The position numbers and the translations under genes were made by a program. This document shows, piece after piece, positions 55,074 through 64,000 of a DNA stretch of 64,000 nucleotides. How positions within the stretch are numbered: position 1 is the stretch's first letter; each line of letters opens with the position of its first letter. The notes beneath the pieces are model-generated. The model was not told where the DNA came from. It saw nothing but the letters and a program-made list of their open reading frames with translations, and searched no databases. The DNA is from Minisyncoccota bacterium (GTDB lineage: Bacteria > Patescibacteriota > Minisyncoccia > Phycocordibacterales > Phycocordibacteraceae), in assembly GCA_022842945.1 (NCBI GenBank), contig JALHOO010000001.1:24847-88846 (forward strand), read 5' to 3'.

Positions 55074-56027
55074 ATGGAATATTCCTCAGAATTTAAACAG
55101 AACCACCAGACCGCCTATTTGGCGGAGGAATACGAGCGCCTCGCGAAGGAGCGCATTGACGCTACGGAAGCCGCCGGCAACGACGCCGTGTTGCTTGAGA
55201 TGCTTGCAGAGGACGAGGACCGTATCGATGCACGTCAGAAGGAGATTTTGGAGGAGATCGAGCGGATTATAGACAAGGACAGGGAGGAGGCGGTTCGTCC
55301 GAAAGCCATTGTGCTTGAGTTCCGTGCGGGTGCCGGGGGGGACGAGGCGACACTCTTCGCTCAGGAGCTTCGCGATATGTATCAGAAGTACGCAGAGGGG
55401 AAGCACTGGAGACTCCGCGTTATTGACGAGCTCACGCTTGAGATTGATGGCGTTGCGGCCTATGACGCGCTTCGGTATGAGACCGGCGTGCATCGTGTAC
55501 AGAGGGTTCCTATAACAGAGAAGTCCGGACGCATCCACACCTCAACAGCTTCTGTAGCGGCGCTTCCTATCCGTGCCAAGCCAAAGTTCGAGGTTGATAT
55601 GGCGGACATCGATATGGAGTTCTCTCGGAGTGGGGGAGCAGGAGGTCAGAACGTGAACAAGGTGGAGAGTGCGGTGCGCCTCATACACCGCCCAACCGGT
55701 ATTGATGTGCGCTCAACCAGTGAGCGCTCCCAGTTGAATAACCGCATAAAGGCACTCGAGATTCTCTCGGCGAAGCTCGAAGCTCTTCATGACGAAGAGG
55801 AGGCAAAGAAGCATGCAGACCTTCGTGCGGGGCAAATTGGTACTGGAGACCGTTCTGAGAAGATTCGTACCTACAATTTCCTTCAGGATAGGGTTACGGA
55901 CCACCGTTTAAAGGAGAGTTGGCACAACCTGCCCAAGATTATGCTGGGTGCCATAGATCCCATAATTGAGGCGCTCCAGGCAGCTAGTGAAGCTGGGGGA
56001 GTGGGCCCCGCGGGCGAGGAGGATTGA
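55074..56027 (+). CDS. prfA: Peptide chain release factor 1 (shortened N-terminal domain)
   Basis: PxT motif [24 protein letters not shown]. Confidence 0.93.
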   Translation: MEYSSEFKQNHQTAYLAEEYERLAKERIDATEAAGNDAVLLEMLAEDEDRIDARQKEILEEIERIIDKDREEAVRPKAIVLEFRAGAGGDEATLFAQELRDMYQKYAEGKHWRLRVIDELTLEIDGVAAYDALRYETGVHRVQRVPITEKSGRIHTSTASVAALPIRAKPKFEVDMADIDMEFSRSGGAGGQNVNKVESAVRLIHRPTGIDVRSTSERSQLNNRIKALEILSAKLEALHDEEEAKKHADLRAGQIGTGDRSEKIRTYNFLQDRVTDHRLKESWHNLPKIMLGAIDPIIEALQAASEAGGVGPAGEED

Positions 56028-56061
56028 AAGCCTGAACGGCCTGTGATATCCTAGGAAAATC

Positions 56062-56775
56062 ATGACTGAAGCAACCCAGACCGCAGAACAGAGCGGCCCA
56101 GGCGTCGAGCGTCTTTTTGGCGCTGGCGCTCATTTCGCACAGGTAAAGAGCCGCCGCCACCCAACTATGCGTGGGTTTGTACTAGGTGCTAAATCAAACC
56201 TTGAGATCTTCGATCTTGAGAAGACTAACGAGCAGCTTGCTAAGGCGAAGAGCGTTATGGCGACGCTTGCTCGCGACGGCAAGGTAGTACTTGTGGTTGG
56301 AGGGAAGCGCGAGGCACAGGACTCGGTTAAGGCTATCGGAAACCGCCTCGGTGTTCCGTTTGTTGCTGGCCGCTGGCTCGGAGGAACACTCTCGAACTTC
56401 ACCGAGATCAAGAAGCGCATTGACCGTCTTGCGGACCTTTCCGCTAAGCGCGAAACAGGCGAGCTCGCTAAGCTCTACACCAAGCTTGAGCGCGTGAAGA
56501 TTGATCGCGAGATCGACAAGCTTACGCTCCGCCTTTCAGGCGCAACTGCGCTTACACGCCGCCCTGACGTGATGATCATCGTTGATACCAAGCACGAAGC
56601 ACACGCATCTCGCGAGGCAAAGGCACTCGGTATCCCGGTTATCGGTATCATGAGCTCGGACTGCGACCTTAAGGACGCGGCATACCCAATCGTCGTGAAC
56701 GACGCATCACGTAGCGTGCTTGCGCTCGTACTCGATGAGCTCGCAAGCGCATACGAGGCTGGTCTCAAGGGCTAA
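56062..56775 (+). CDS. rpsB: 30S ribosomal protein S2
   Basis: AGAHF, IFDLEKT, RWLGGTLSNF, LGIPVIG. Confidence 0.95.
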   Translation: MTEATQTAEQSGPGVERLFGAGAHFAQVKSRRHPTMRGFVLGAKSNLEIFDLEKTNEQLAKAKSVMATLARDGKVVLVVGGKREAQDSVKAIGNRLGVPFVAGRWLGGTLSNFTEIKKRIDRLADLSAKRETGELAKLYTKLERVKIDREIDKLTLRLSGATALTRRPDVMIIVDTKHEAHASREAKALGIPVIGIMSSDCDLKDAAYPIVVNDASRSVLALVLDELASAYEAGLKG

Positions 56776-56839
56776 GTGCTTTTACAGATTCTAGGCAGCG
56801 CACCCGCTTCTAGATTGGTACGTATATAACTTCATACAC

Positions 56840-57421
56840 ATGGCAATATCTCTCGACACCGTTAAGATTCTCCGCGACAAGACTGGCGTTTCAATCATGC
56901 AGTGCCAGAAGGCACTTGAAGAGGCTGAGGGCGACATGGACAAGGCTGAGGTTATCCTCAAGAAGCGTTCAGGTGCCGCTGCAGACAAGAAGGCAGACCG
57001 CGAACTCGCGGCTGGTGCTATTGGAAGCTATGTCCATGACGGCGCGGTTGGCGCTATGGTGCTTCTGTCGTCTGAGACTGATTTCGTATCAAAGAACGAA
57101 GAGTTTGGAGAGCTCGCTCGTGCTCTTGCTATGCACATCGCTGCCTCTAACCCGTCCGTGCTCTCAAGTAGCGAGATTTCAGAGGAGGCAAAGACTGCCG
57201 CTATGTCGGTGTTCAAGGAGGAGGTTAAGGACAAGCCCGCTGAGATGCAGGAGAAGATTCTTGAGGGCAAGATGGCATCCTACTTCAAGGACCAGGTACT
57301 TCTCGAGCAGTCCTACATTCGTGACGACTCGAAGACTATCCAGGACCTTCTAAACGAAGCGTCGCAGAAGTTTGGCGAGCGCGTAGAGATCTCGAAGTTC
57401 GCGCGCTTCTCCGCTCGCTAG
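56840..57421 (+). CDS. tsf: Elongation factor Ts (short form)
   Basis: LRDKTG..M.CQKAL, ETDFV, AMHIAA. Confidence 0.95.
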   Translation: MAISLDTVKILRDKTGVSIMQCQKALEEAEGDMDKAEVILKKRSGAAADKKADRELAAGAIGSYVHDGAVGAMVLLSSETDFVSKNEEFGELARALAMHIAASNPSVLSSSEISEEAKTAAMSVFKEEVKDKPAEMQEKILEGKMASYFKDQVLLEQSYIRDDSKTIQDLLNEASQKFGERVEISKFARFSAR

Positions 57422-57425
57422 TACC

Positions 57426-57451
57426 GAAGGCCGAAGTAGACTTCGGCCTTC
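57426..57451 (+). terminator. Hairpin after tsf
   Basis: GAAGGCCGAAG-TAGA-CTTCGGCCTTC. Confidence 0.65.
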
Positions 57452-57462
57452 TACCGTATCCC

Positions 57463-57888
57463 ATGCTGTATATCATTCTCATCGGTATCGCACTCGTCCT
57501 CTTTGGAGGATTCCTCATGCTCGTGTCTTTTGAGCGAAAAAGGGGGCTACGGGTTGCCGGCGCTCTGCGCAATGCGCTTGATGCGCGTATTGCCCGGGTG
57601 TCCTTCATTGTTACTCACGTAGACTGGGGTGCCTTCACCAAACACCTCCTGGGCACGGTATTTGAGCGTGTACTACACGATACCGCGCATGTGGTGCTCC
57701 AGATTGTCCGCACCGTTGAGCGTGTCCTTACGAAGGCCGTTAAGACCCTCAGAGAGCGTAGAGGTTTTGCGCCCCTTGAGAACACAGAAGAGGAGGGTGC
57801 ATTTCAGGTTGGTATGCGGAAGGTGCGTACGGCCCTGAGGAGTGCTCGGAGGGTGTCCCGGAAGACCTTGAAGACTCCAAAGTCCTAG
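57463..57888 (+). CDS. Hypothetical protein with N-terminal TM and basic C-terminus
   Basis: 141-aa ORF with an N-terminal hydrophobic helix. Confidence 0.7.
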   Translation: MLYIILIGIALVLFGGFLMLVSFERKRGLRVAGALRNALDARIARVSFIVTHVDWGAFTKHLLGTVFERVLHDTAHVVLQIVRTVERVLTKAVKTLRERRGFAPLENTEEEGAFQVGMRKVRTALRSARRVSRKTLKTPKS

Positions 57889-57940
57889 GACTTGCGAATC
57901 GCCCCCTCGTGCCCGTATACTCTGGAGACCGAAGATCCCC

Positions 57941-58013
57941 GCCGGGATAGCTCAGTTGGTAGAGCAACTGTTTTGTAAACAGTAGGTCGCCGGTTCAAGC
58001 CCGGCTCCCGGCT
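57941..58013 (+). tRNA. tRNA-Thr (TGT), CCA not encoded
   Basis: Acceptor stem GCCGGGA/TCCCGGC, D-arm GCTC/GAGC, anticodon stem ACTGT-TTTGTAA-ACAGT, T-loop GGTTCAAGCC; TATACT at 57916. Confidence 0.97.
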
Positions 58014-58022
58014 CCGTGTAAA

Positions 58023-58058
58023 AGAAAAGACCCACAGCATATGCCGTGGGTCTTTTCT
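58023..58058. terminator. Bidirectional terminator
   Basis: AGAAAAGACCCAC...GTGGGTCTTTTCT. Confidence 0.8.
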
Positions 58059-58068
58059 GTAGGGAGCA

Positions 58069-58749
58069 CTAGCGAACGGGCGTGCTGCTTGTGCTTGTTG
58101 TTGCAAACAGGTCCTCAGGGAACAGTTCCTGGAAGGACTCTACGTCCGTGAAGCCGTAGGAGCGCTCGCCTTCAATAACGAAGGCCGGGAAGCGCTCTTC
58201 AACCTTCTCAACCGCAATAAGGGTCTTGAGTGCTCCAAGATCAAGGTTGTAGTCGAAGGTGTACACGCGAAGCTGTGGGTAGGTCTGGCGGAGGTAGGAA
58301 AGGGCGTAGCTTGCGCGGTCGCAGCTGTCGCACGCACCCGCTTCGTTAGAGTAGAAGTAGAGTGCGGTAACCGGCTCTACGTCACAGGTGTCAGCGATGC
58401 GCTGTGCGAGGATGTAGTCACGAATCTGCAGAAGGGTGTACTGCTTCTTAAGGCGCAGCACCTCAGGGTTGTCGTTCCCAAGACGAGACTCTGCAACGTT
58501 CAGACGGTCTCCAAGAGAAGACACCTCGTTCGTGAGGTCAGTACCAACCGTAAGGTCTGCACAGGGAGCGTTCTCAAGGAGTGCGAACTGGGTCTCTATG
58601 GAAAGGGTGTCGGTTGCAAGCTGTGCCTGAATAGCATCAAGCTCCGCGATGCGCTGGCGATCGAGTTGGTTTATGGCGGCTATGATGGTGCCGATAATGG
58701 CAACGGTTATAGCGAGCGCGAGGAGGGCATTGCGGGTAGCGAGCGACAT
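58069..58749 (-). CDS. Membrane-anchored coiled-coil plus thioredoxin-like (CxxC) protein
   Basis: N-terminal TM, helical region, LYFYS..CDSC, later PAFVI (cis-Pro-like strand). Confidence 0.7.
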   Translation of the reverse strand: MSLATRNALLALAITVAIIGTIIAAINQLDRQRIAELDAIQAQLATDTLSIETQFALLENAPCADLTVGTDLTNEVSSLGDRLNVAESRLGNDNPEVLRLKKQYTLLQIRDYILAQRIADTCDVEPVTALYFYSNEAGACDSCDRASYALSYLRQTYPQLRVYTFDYNLDLGALKTLIAVEKVEERFPAFVIEGERSYGFTDVESFQELFPEDLFATTSTSSTPVR

Positions 58750-58777
58750 AGGGTACGTATCTAAGAATAATGAGGGA

Positions 58778-60016
58778 TTAGCGCCACGCTCGGCGCTTCC
58801 CAGTTAGTACATCATACATGGAGCGCATGAGCCAGAAGGGTGCGATGAAGGCGTAGATAAACGTGTAGCCGATGATACCGATAACAATCGATGCCGGTGT
58901 GTTTGAGACATGGCGGCCGATAAGTACCAAGGATACAGACAGGATACCCACCACAAGACTCGTAAGGAGGAGAAAGGTTGCCGGCAGGTAGAACCACTCA
59001 AGAGAGAAGCGCGGGAGAAGGGTGTACGAAAGGGGAATGCCGTCCGTTAAGGTGTAGGTGCGAACGAGGTTCAGTACGAGCGAGGACATTGCAACAATGA
59101 AGAGAAACGCACCTCCCACAATTGCCACAAACCCGAGTGGAAGCACCATAAGACCAAGGATGCCGTACTTTGGGTTTCCTACGAGATCGCGATAGTCGGT
59201 CATAACGTTCCGGAGGAATCCGCTCGTCCAGCGGGTACGCTGCTTTATGAGCTTCGGAACTGAGCGCGGCACCTTCGTATACACGCGTGCACGAGGTGCG
59301 TTCTCAATCTCGTAGCCTGCCCGCTGAATGCGCAGCGCCATCTCCATATCCTCTGCCTGGTGTGCATGCTTGAAGCCGCCTAAAGACTCGATAATAGAAC
59401 GGCGGTAGAACGAGAAGGGTCCAGGCGTCACGTAAATACCGTTTACGGCCGAGAGCGCATGGCGCGCAGCGATACCGATGATGTACTCAGCGTTCTGCAT
59501 CTTCTCGAGCATGTTCTTTGGCTGGAACACAGACATGGCGGGAGTTGCTGCTGCAACTTCTGGCTTGTCAAAGCACGGGATCATCTCGCGCAGTGCGTCG
59601 GCTGCCACAAAAGAATCTGCATCAAGACAGCCAACAAACTCCGCGTCTTCCGCAATCTCGATGCCGTGGTTAATAGCGGTGTGCTTGCCGCCGTTCTCTT
59701 GGTGCACCACCGTAATTTGCGGGTTCCCGATATAGGAATCCATAACCGCCTTGGTGTTGTCGGTAGAGCCGTCGTTCACGAGCACAATCTGGAGCTTGTC
59801 CGCAGGATAGTCGAGGGCTAGAAGAGACGCTACGGTCCCTCCTATAGTGTCCTGCTCGTTCCAGCAGGGAACGATAATGGCAACCTTGGGAGTATGAAGT
59901 GCAGCAGACCGCATGCGTCGCTCTTTGGCCGGGGCTGAGAGGAAGGTGAGCAACATGAACACCTCGAAATAGAGACCGAGAAATAAGAACGGATACGCGA
60001 GTATCTCAAGTGACAT
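58778..60016 (-). CDS. Processive GT2 glycosyltransferase (cellulose synthase/PgaC-like)
   Basis: NDGSTD, GK, LDADS, AEDME, QRTRW (D,D,D,QxxRW); TM helices at both ends. Confidence 0.9.
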   Translation of the reverse strand: MSLEILAYPFLFLGLYFEVFMLLTFLSAPAKERRMRSAALHTPKVAIIVPCWNEQDTIGGTVASLLALDYPADKLQIVLVNDGSTDNTKAVMDSYIGNPQITVVHQENGGKHTAINHGIEIAEDAEFVGCLDADSFVAADALREMIPCFDKPEVAAATPAMSVFQPKNMLEKMQNAEYIIGIAARHALSAVNGIYVTPGPFSFYRRSIIESLGGFKHAHQAEDMEMALRIQRAGYEIENAPRARVYTKVPRSVPKLIKQRTRWTSGFLRNVMTDYRDLVGNPKYGILGLMVLPLGFVAIVGGAFLFIVAMSSLVLNLVRTYTLTDGIPLSYTLLPRFSLEWFYLPATFLLLTSLVVGILSVSLVLIGRHVSNTPASIVIGIIGYTFIYAFIAPFWLMRSMYDVLTGKRRAWR

Positions 60017-60093
60017 ATATAGGGCCGGTGTTCTCGTAAGCATAGCAAATACGCCTGTTTTTTCTAGGTTGCCCCGTGTATACTCTCTCCTAT

Positions 60094-60825
60094 ATGGCGT
60101 ACGGCCGTCTGCATCCTATCTCAGCGTCAATACGCTCCATTGCGAACTCGTTCGGGCGCATGGGCTTTGCTATTGCGTATGGTCCTGAGCTTGAGGACGA
60201 ACACTACAACTTCAACGTACTCAACATCCCTGCAGATCACCCTGCACGCGATATGCAGGACACCTTCTGGACGAAGGAAGATCCTGCACGCGTACCCCGT
60301 ACCCAAACAAGTCCGGTGCAGGTGCGCTACATCGAAGAGCAACTCGCACTCGGCACACCGCCTCCGTACCGCGTTATTGTTCCGGGAAAAGTATTTCGCA
60401 ACGAAGCAACAGACGCGACCCATGAGGCACAGTTCTACCAGAACGAAGGACTCGTTGTTGGCGAAGGGATAACACTCGCGCACTTGAAGGGAACCCTCGA
60501 GCAGTTCTTCAAGGACTACCTCGCGGAGGACGCGAAGGTGCGATTCCGTCCGAGCTTCTTCCCCTTCACCGAGCCTTCGGTTGAAGTTGACGTGTGGTTT
60601 GAGCCAGCCGGCAAAGAAGGACGCTGGCTTGAAGTTATGGGAGCGGGCATGGTGCACCCGTCAGTACTTAAGAATGCGGGTCTTGATCCTGAGGTGTATC
60701 AGGGCTTTGCGTTCGGCGGCGGCATAGAGCGCCTCATTATGGTGAAGCACGGAGTGAATGATATTCGTGGCTTCCATGGCGGAGACATTCGGTTTGTGTA
60801 CGGATTCGATCAGACACATCAATAG
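60094..60825 (+). CDS. pheS: Phenylalanyl-tRNA synthetase alpha (N-terminally trimmed)
   Basis: GRLHP, HPARDMQDTF, FRPSFFPFTEPS, GFAFG. Confidence 0.96.
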   Translation: MAYGRLHPISASIRSIANSFGRMGFAIAYGPELEDEHYNFNVLNIPADHPARDMQDTFWTKEDPARVPRTQTSPVQVRYIEEQLALGTPPPYRVIVPGKVFRNEATDATHEAQFYQNEGLVVGEGITLAHLKGTLEQFFKDYLAEDAKVRFRPSFFPFTEPSVEVDVWFEPAGKEGRWLEVMGAGMVHPSVLKNAGLDPEVYQGFAFGGGIERLIMVKHGVNDIRGFHGGDIRFVYGFDQTHQ

Positions 60826-60828
60826 ACT

Positions 60829-62736
60829 ATGAAAGTTTCTCTGAAATGGCTCCAGTCCTACTTCGACGCTCCACTTCCTTCGGTGGAGGCTCTTGCGGAC
60901 TCGCTCACCTTCCACACCGCTGAGATTGAAGAAGCAGAAGGCGACCTTTTGGATGTGAACGTACTTCCAGACCGTGCAGCCTACATGCTGAGCCACCGGG
61001 GTGTTGCAAAGGAAGTGTCTGCAGTGCTTAACGTGCCCCTTCTACGCGATCCGTTGAAGGAAGACCTCCCGGAGTATCCAGAGGGATCTAGTCTTTCTGT
61101 GACGCTCGACGAAGAGGGCATGTGCATGCGGTACACGGGTGCTGTCCTTACAGGAGTAACCGTTGGTCCGTCTCCAGACTGGCTCAAAGAAGCACTTGAG
61201 GCGGTTGGCCAGCGCTCTATTAACAATGTGGTGGACGCAACGAACTACGTCATGCTTGATGTGGGGCAGCCACTGCATGCCTTTGATGCGGCGAAGCTTG
61301 TAGCGCGTGAAGGCCGATACGCAATTGCCGTTCGTGCTGCGACTGAAGGCGAGTCCATAACCACCCTTACGGGAGAAACCTACAAACTTCCAGAAGGTAC
61401 GCTCCTTATAACTGACGGCAACAACGAGGGACTTCCTTTGGGTCTTGCGGGTGTTAAGGGCGGGAACCATGCAGGTGTTACAACTGAAACTACGGACCTC
61501 GTTATTGAGGCTGCAAACTTTGATGGGGCGCGTGTTCGCAAGACGGCCCAAGCCCTGAAGCTCTTCACAGACGCCTCAAGTCGTTTCCAGAACAAGCCCT
61601 CTCCCGCACTCGTAAGCTACGGCATGCGTGACGTTATTGCCCTCATACAGAAGGTTGCGGGAGGAACACTCGTTGACGTGGTTGATGTGTTCCCGAATCC
61701 GCCTGAGGCACAGACCGTCTCTGTGTCGCTTCAGCGCATCAACGGCATACTCGGTCCGAGCTTCTCTCTGGAAGAGGTTCGCGGTGCGTTTAATCGTCTG
61801 GGCTTTTCATACACCGAAGTAGAGGACTCGTTCGTAGTGCGTGCTCCTTTCGAGCGTCGCGACCTTGTTATTCCCCAAGACCTCGTTGAAGAGGTGGGAC
61901 GCATTCTCGGGTACGACACTATTAGTGGAGAAGCACTACCGGTTCTGCAAGGTGTGCCGGACCAGGCGAAGTACCGCGGTATTGAAGCGGTGCGCGACTT
62001 CCTCGTTGAGCGTGGCTTTACAGAGATCTCCACGCCCTCCTTTGCAGAAGAAGGAGAGATAGAACTTGCGAACCCACTTCAGGAAGACCGTCCGTATTTG
62101 CGTGCGTCTCTTCTCGCAAACCTGAAGGACGCCCTTACGCGTGCCGCACATGTCGCTCCTCGCGTACTTGGACCAGAGCCATTCATAAAACTGTTTGAGG
62201 TTGGTACCGTATTCCAGAAGGGAGGCGAAGCACTCGTGCTCTCTATGGGTGTTGTAGCGACGAACGGAAAGCCAGCCGACTCTGCTGAGGTGCTGAAGCA
62301 GAACATAGCAACACTAGAACAGGAGCTGCTCGGGACACCTGCTCATACGCATCTAAGCATTGAAGGTCAGATGGCAGAGATTAATCTCGACAAGGTTAAC
62401 CTTGAGAAGATTGGCGAAGACTACGCGCCTATAACGGTTGTGCAGGGCATGTTCCGTCCGTATACGTCGTATCCGTTCGCGCTCCGAGATATTGCCGTAT
62501 GGACGCCAGGCGGCACCGCGGAGAGCGAGGTTATTAACGCCATTATCTCCGAAGCGGGAGACTATCTTGCGCGCATCGACCTCTTTGATCGCTTTGAAAA
62601 GGAAGGCCGTATCTCGTATGCATTCCGCCTCGTGTTTGAGTCTAAGGAGCGTACTCTTGCCGACACCGACCTTGATCCCGCTATGGAGGCCATAACAAAG
62701 AAGCTGAACGCGCACGAGGGATGGGAAGTGCGTTAG
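60829..62736 (+). CDS. pheT: Phenylalanyl-tRNA synthetase beta (shortened)
   Basis: MKVSLKWL, INNVVDATNYVM, RRDL..PQDLVEEVGRI, C-terminal FDX-ACB (RDIA, RTL.D). Confidence 0.95.
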   Translation: MKVSLKWLQSYFDAPLPSVEALADSLTFHTAEIEEAEGDLLDVNVLPDRAAYMLSHRGVAKEVSAVLNVPLLRDPLKEDLPEYPEGSSLSVTLDEEGMCMRYTGAVLTGVTVGPSPDWLKEALEAVGQRSINNVVDATNYVMLDVGQPLHAFDAAKLVAREGRYAIAVRAATEGESITTLTGETYKLPEGTLLITDGNNEGLPLGLAGVKGGNHAGVTTETTDLVIEAANFDGARVRKTAQALKLFTDASSRFQNKPSPALVSYGMRDVIALIQKVAGGTLVDVVDVFPNPPEAQTVSVSLQRINGILGPSFSLEEVRGAFNRLGFSYTEVEDSFVVRAPFERRDLVIPQDLVEEVGRILGYDTISGEALPVLQGVPDQAKYRGIEAVRDFLVERGFTEISTPSFAEEGEIELANPLQEDRPYLRASLLANLKDALTRAAHVAPRVLGPEPFIKLFEVGTVFQKGGEALVLSMGVVATNGKPADSAEVLKQNIATLEQELLGTPAHTHLSIEGQMAEINLDKVNLEKIGEDYAPITVVQGMFRPYTSYPFALRDIAVWTPGGTAESEVINAIISEAGDYLARIDLFDRFEKEGRISYAFRLVFESKERTLADTDLDPAMEAITKKLNAHEGWEVR

Positions 62737-62831
62737 TCGCATACCACACCTTTACATACGTAGGCTTGCGCGCTAGCGTGTACCGCACTCGATACGATTG
62801 GCGTATCGAGCTATTCATTGAGGGTAGAAGC

Positions 62832-63017
62832 ATGTCGGGTAAGTCTTCTCGGGGAAATGGAAACGGCCTCAACAAGGAGAAGTCCAGAAAAGCCAAAGGG
62901 GGGCGAGGTCTGTCTGCGGGAAAGAGGGCAGGAATCGCTGCTCGGAAGCAGCGCATCGCTGAACTCGACCGGCCGAAGTCGAGGGCCAAGCACAGCCCCG
63001 AAGCGCCTATCCAGTAA
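62832..63017 (+). CDS. Small basic hypothetical protein (61 aa)
   Basis: GAGGGT upstream of the ATG; followed by a terminator-like hairpin at 63035-63065. Confidence 0.45.
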   Translation: MSGKSSRGNGNGLNKEKSRKAKGGRGLSAGKRAGIAARKQRIAELDRPKSRAKHSPEAPIQ

Positions 63018-63159
63018 CAGCCATCAAGGCCACAGAAGTCCGCGGACGTGTTCCGCGGGCTTTTTCCTTATCCGGGCCGTAGACCCTCTAGGTACGCCCT
63101 AAAGTACCGGGAACACAGCATGATTCTACAGGTGCTCCGTGGTATACTTAGGGGAACAT

Positions 63160-64000
63160 ATGGCGAAGGACGAAGACCAGAAACCAAAGAAAACGGCCGC
63201 ACCTGCGGCCGCTAAAAGTGCATCCAAAGCGAAAGAGTACGACGCGTCGTCTATCTCAGTGCTTGAGGGTCTTGAGCCGGTGCGTAAGCGCCCGGGCATG
63301 TACATCGGTACTACCGGTCCCGATGGTTTGCACCACCTCATCTGGGAGATCTTCGACAACTCACGTGACGAGGCCATGGGCGGGTTCGCGAACGATATTG
63401 AAGTAGCGCTTCTTCCAGGCGGGTATGTGCGTGTGATTGATAACGGTCGCGGTATTCCGGTTGGCATCCATCCAAAGACCAAAGTCTCAGCCCTTGAGAC
63501 CATCATGACCACCCTCCATGCCGGAGGAAAGTTCGGTGGCGAGGACTCAGGATACAAAGTGTCTGGAGGTCTCCATGGTGTGGGTGCGTCGGTGGTGAAC
63601 GCACTCTCAGAACACACCAAAGTAATCGTGCACAAGGACGGCGCGGTCCACATGCAGGAGTATGAGATCGGAAAAGCTAAGGCGAAGGTTAAGCAGATAG
63701 GCAAGACCACGCATAACGGTACTATCGTTATCTTCAAGCCAGACGTAACCATCTTCAAGGACGGCATCAACTGGAACTGGGAGAAGATTGTTGCGCATTT
63801 GCGCCAGCAGGCATACCTCGTAAAGGGAACCCGTATTACGGTGCTTGATGCACGTGACGAGCCAACCGTTGATAGCGAAGGCGCTACCTACCTCCGCACG
63901 AGTGGTGTGGACTGCCCGAGCATGTCCTTCTACTTCGAGGGAGGTCTTCGTTCCCTCATCAGTTTCTATAACAAGCACCAGACTGCAGTGCACAAGAATG
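63160..64000 (+). CDS. gyrB: DNA gyrase subunit B (3'-partial)
   Basis: Translated by hand: YDASSISVLEGLEPVRKRPGMYIG, IDNGRGIPV, LHAGGKF, SGGLHGVGASVVNALS; runs off the window end. Confidence 0.93.
   Translation, partial: MAKDEDQKPKKTAAPAAAKSASKAKEYDASSISVLEGLEPVRKRPGMYIGTTGPDGLHHLIWEIFDNSRDEAMGGFANDIEVALLPGGYVRVIDNGRGIPVGIHPKTKVSALETIMTTLHAGGKFGGEDSGYKVSGGLHGVGASVVNALSEHTKVIVHKDGAVHMQEYEIGKAKAKVKQIGKTTHNGTIVIFKPDVTIFKDGINWNWEKIVAHLRQQAYLVKGTRITVLDARDEPTVDSEGATYLRTSGVDCPSMSFYFEGGLRSLISFYNKHQTAVHKN

Noticed and set aside
57941-58058. tRNA-Thr as an integration site
   Set aside because: No duplicated tRNA 3' end or integrase was seen in the window
21507-63993. Long antisense ORFs (e.g. 21507-22493, 23655-24389, 40690-41334, 63126-63770 and many inside the giant gene)
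   Set aside because: They shadow well-supported genes on the opposite strand and show no independent motifs
1-64000. Alternative genetic code (UGA=Gly, as in Gracilibacteria/Absconditabacteria)
   Set aside because: Full-length conserved genes translate intact in code 11 and several end in TGA (e.g. murB, prfA, gmhA)

Overview
This 64-kb window is chromosomal DNA from what is most likely a Patescibacteria (CPR; Parcubacteria/Paceibacteria-like) bacterium using genetic code 11. That placement is inferred from gene content: split transketolase, trimmed PheRS/RF1/EF-Ts, several type IV pilins and a giant fibre protein. Layout: (1) 1-19.5 kb is a surface-glycan locus with four GT4s, two SAM methyltransferases, two GT9 heptosyltransferase-like genes, a Zn dehydrogenase, a ThDP E1 alpha/beta pair with no E2/E3, a split heptose kinase and nucleotidyltransferase, gmhA, a Wzx flippase and an O-antigen-ligase/TPR protein. 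It is interrupted by a complete 2,152-bp IS1595-family element (25-bp TIRs, 8-bp TSD) carrying an orphan PemK/MazF toxin with a convergent structured antisense RNA candidate. (2) 19.5-26 kb holds housekeeping genes (murB, histone H1-like, secA, obgE, gatB). (3) 26-40 kb holds two tandem genes starting with the same excisionase-type HTH; the second encodes a 4,203-aa membrane-anchored fibre made of about 30 variable modules joined by a nucleotide-conserved GGCAACGTCGGTAT junction, ending in an S74 autochaperone. (4) 40-50.5 kb is a glycolysis/non-oxidative pentose phosphate cluster interleaved with two type IV pilins, three paralogous ~82-aa membrane microproteins and a Fic/HTH insertion. (5) 50.5-64 kb holds translation genes, tRNA-Thr, a GT2, pheST and the start of gyrB. 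Many genes appear leaderless. The strongest novelty candidates are the in-frame cassette array in the HTH-fibre gene, the RNA-controlled PemK module plus antisense mimic peptide in the IS, and the pilin-associated microprotein family. All calls come from reading the sequence by eye; no searches were run.
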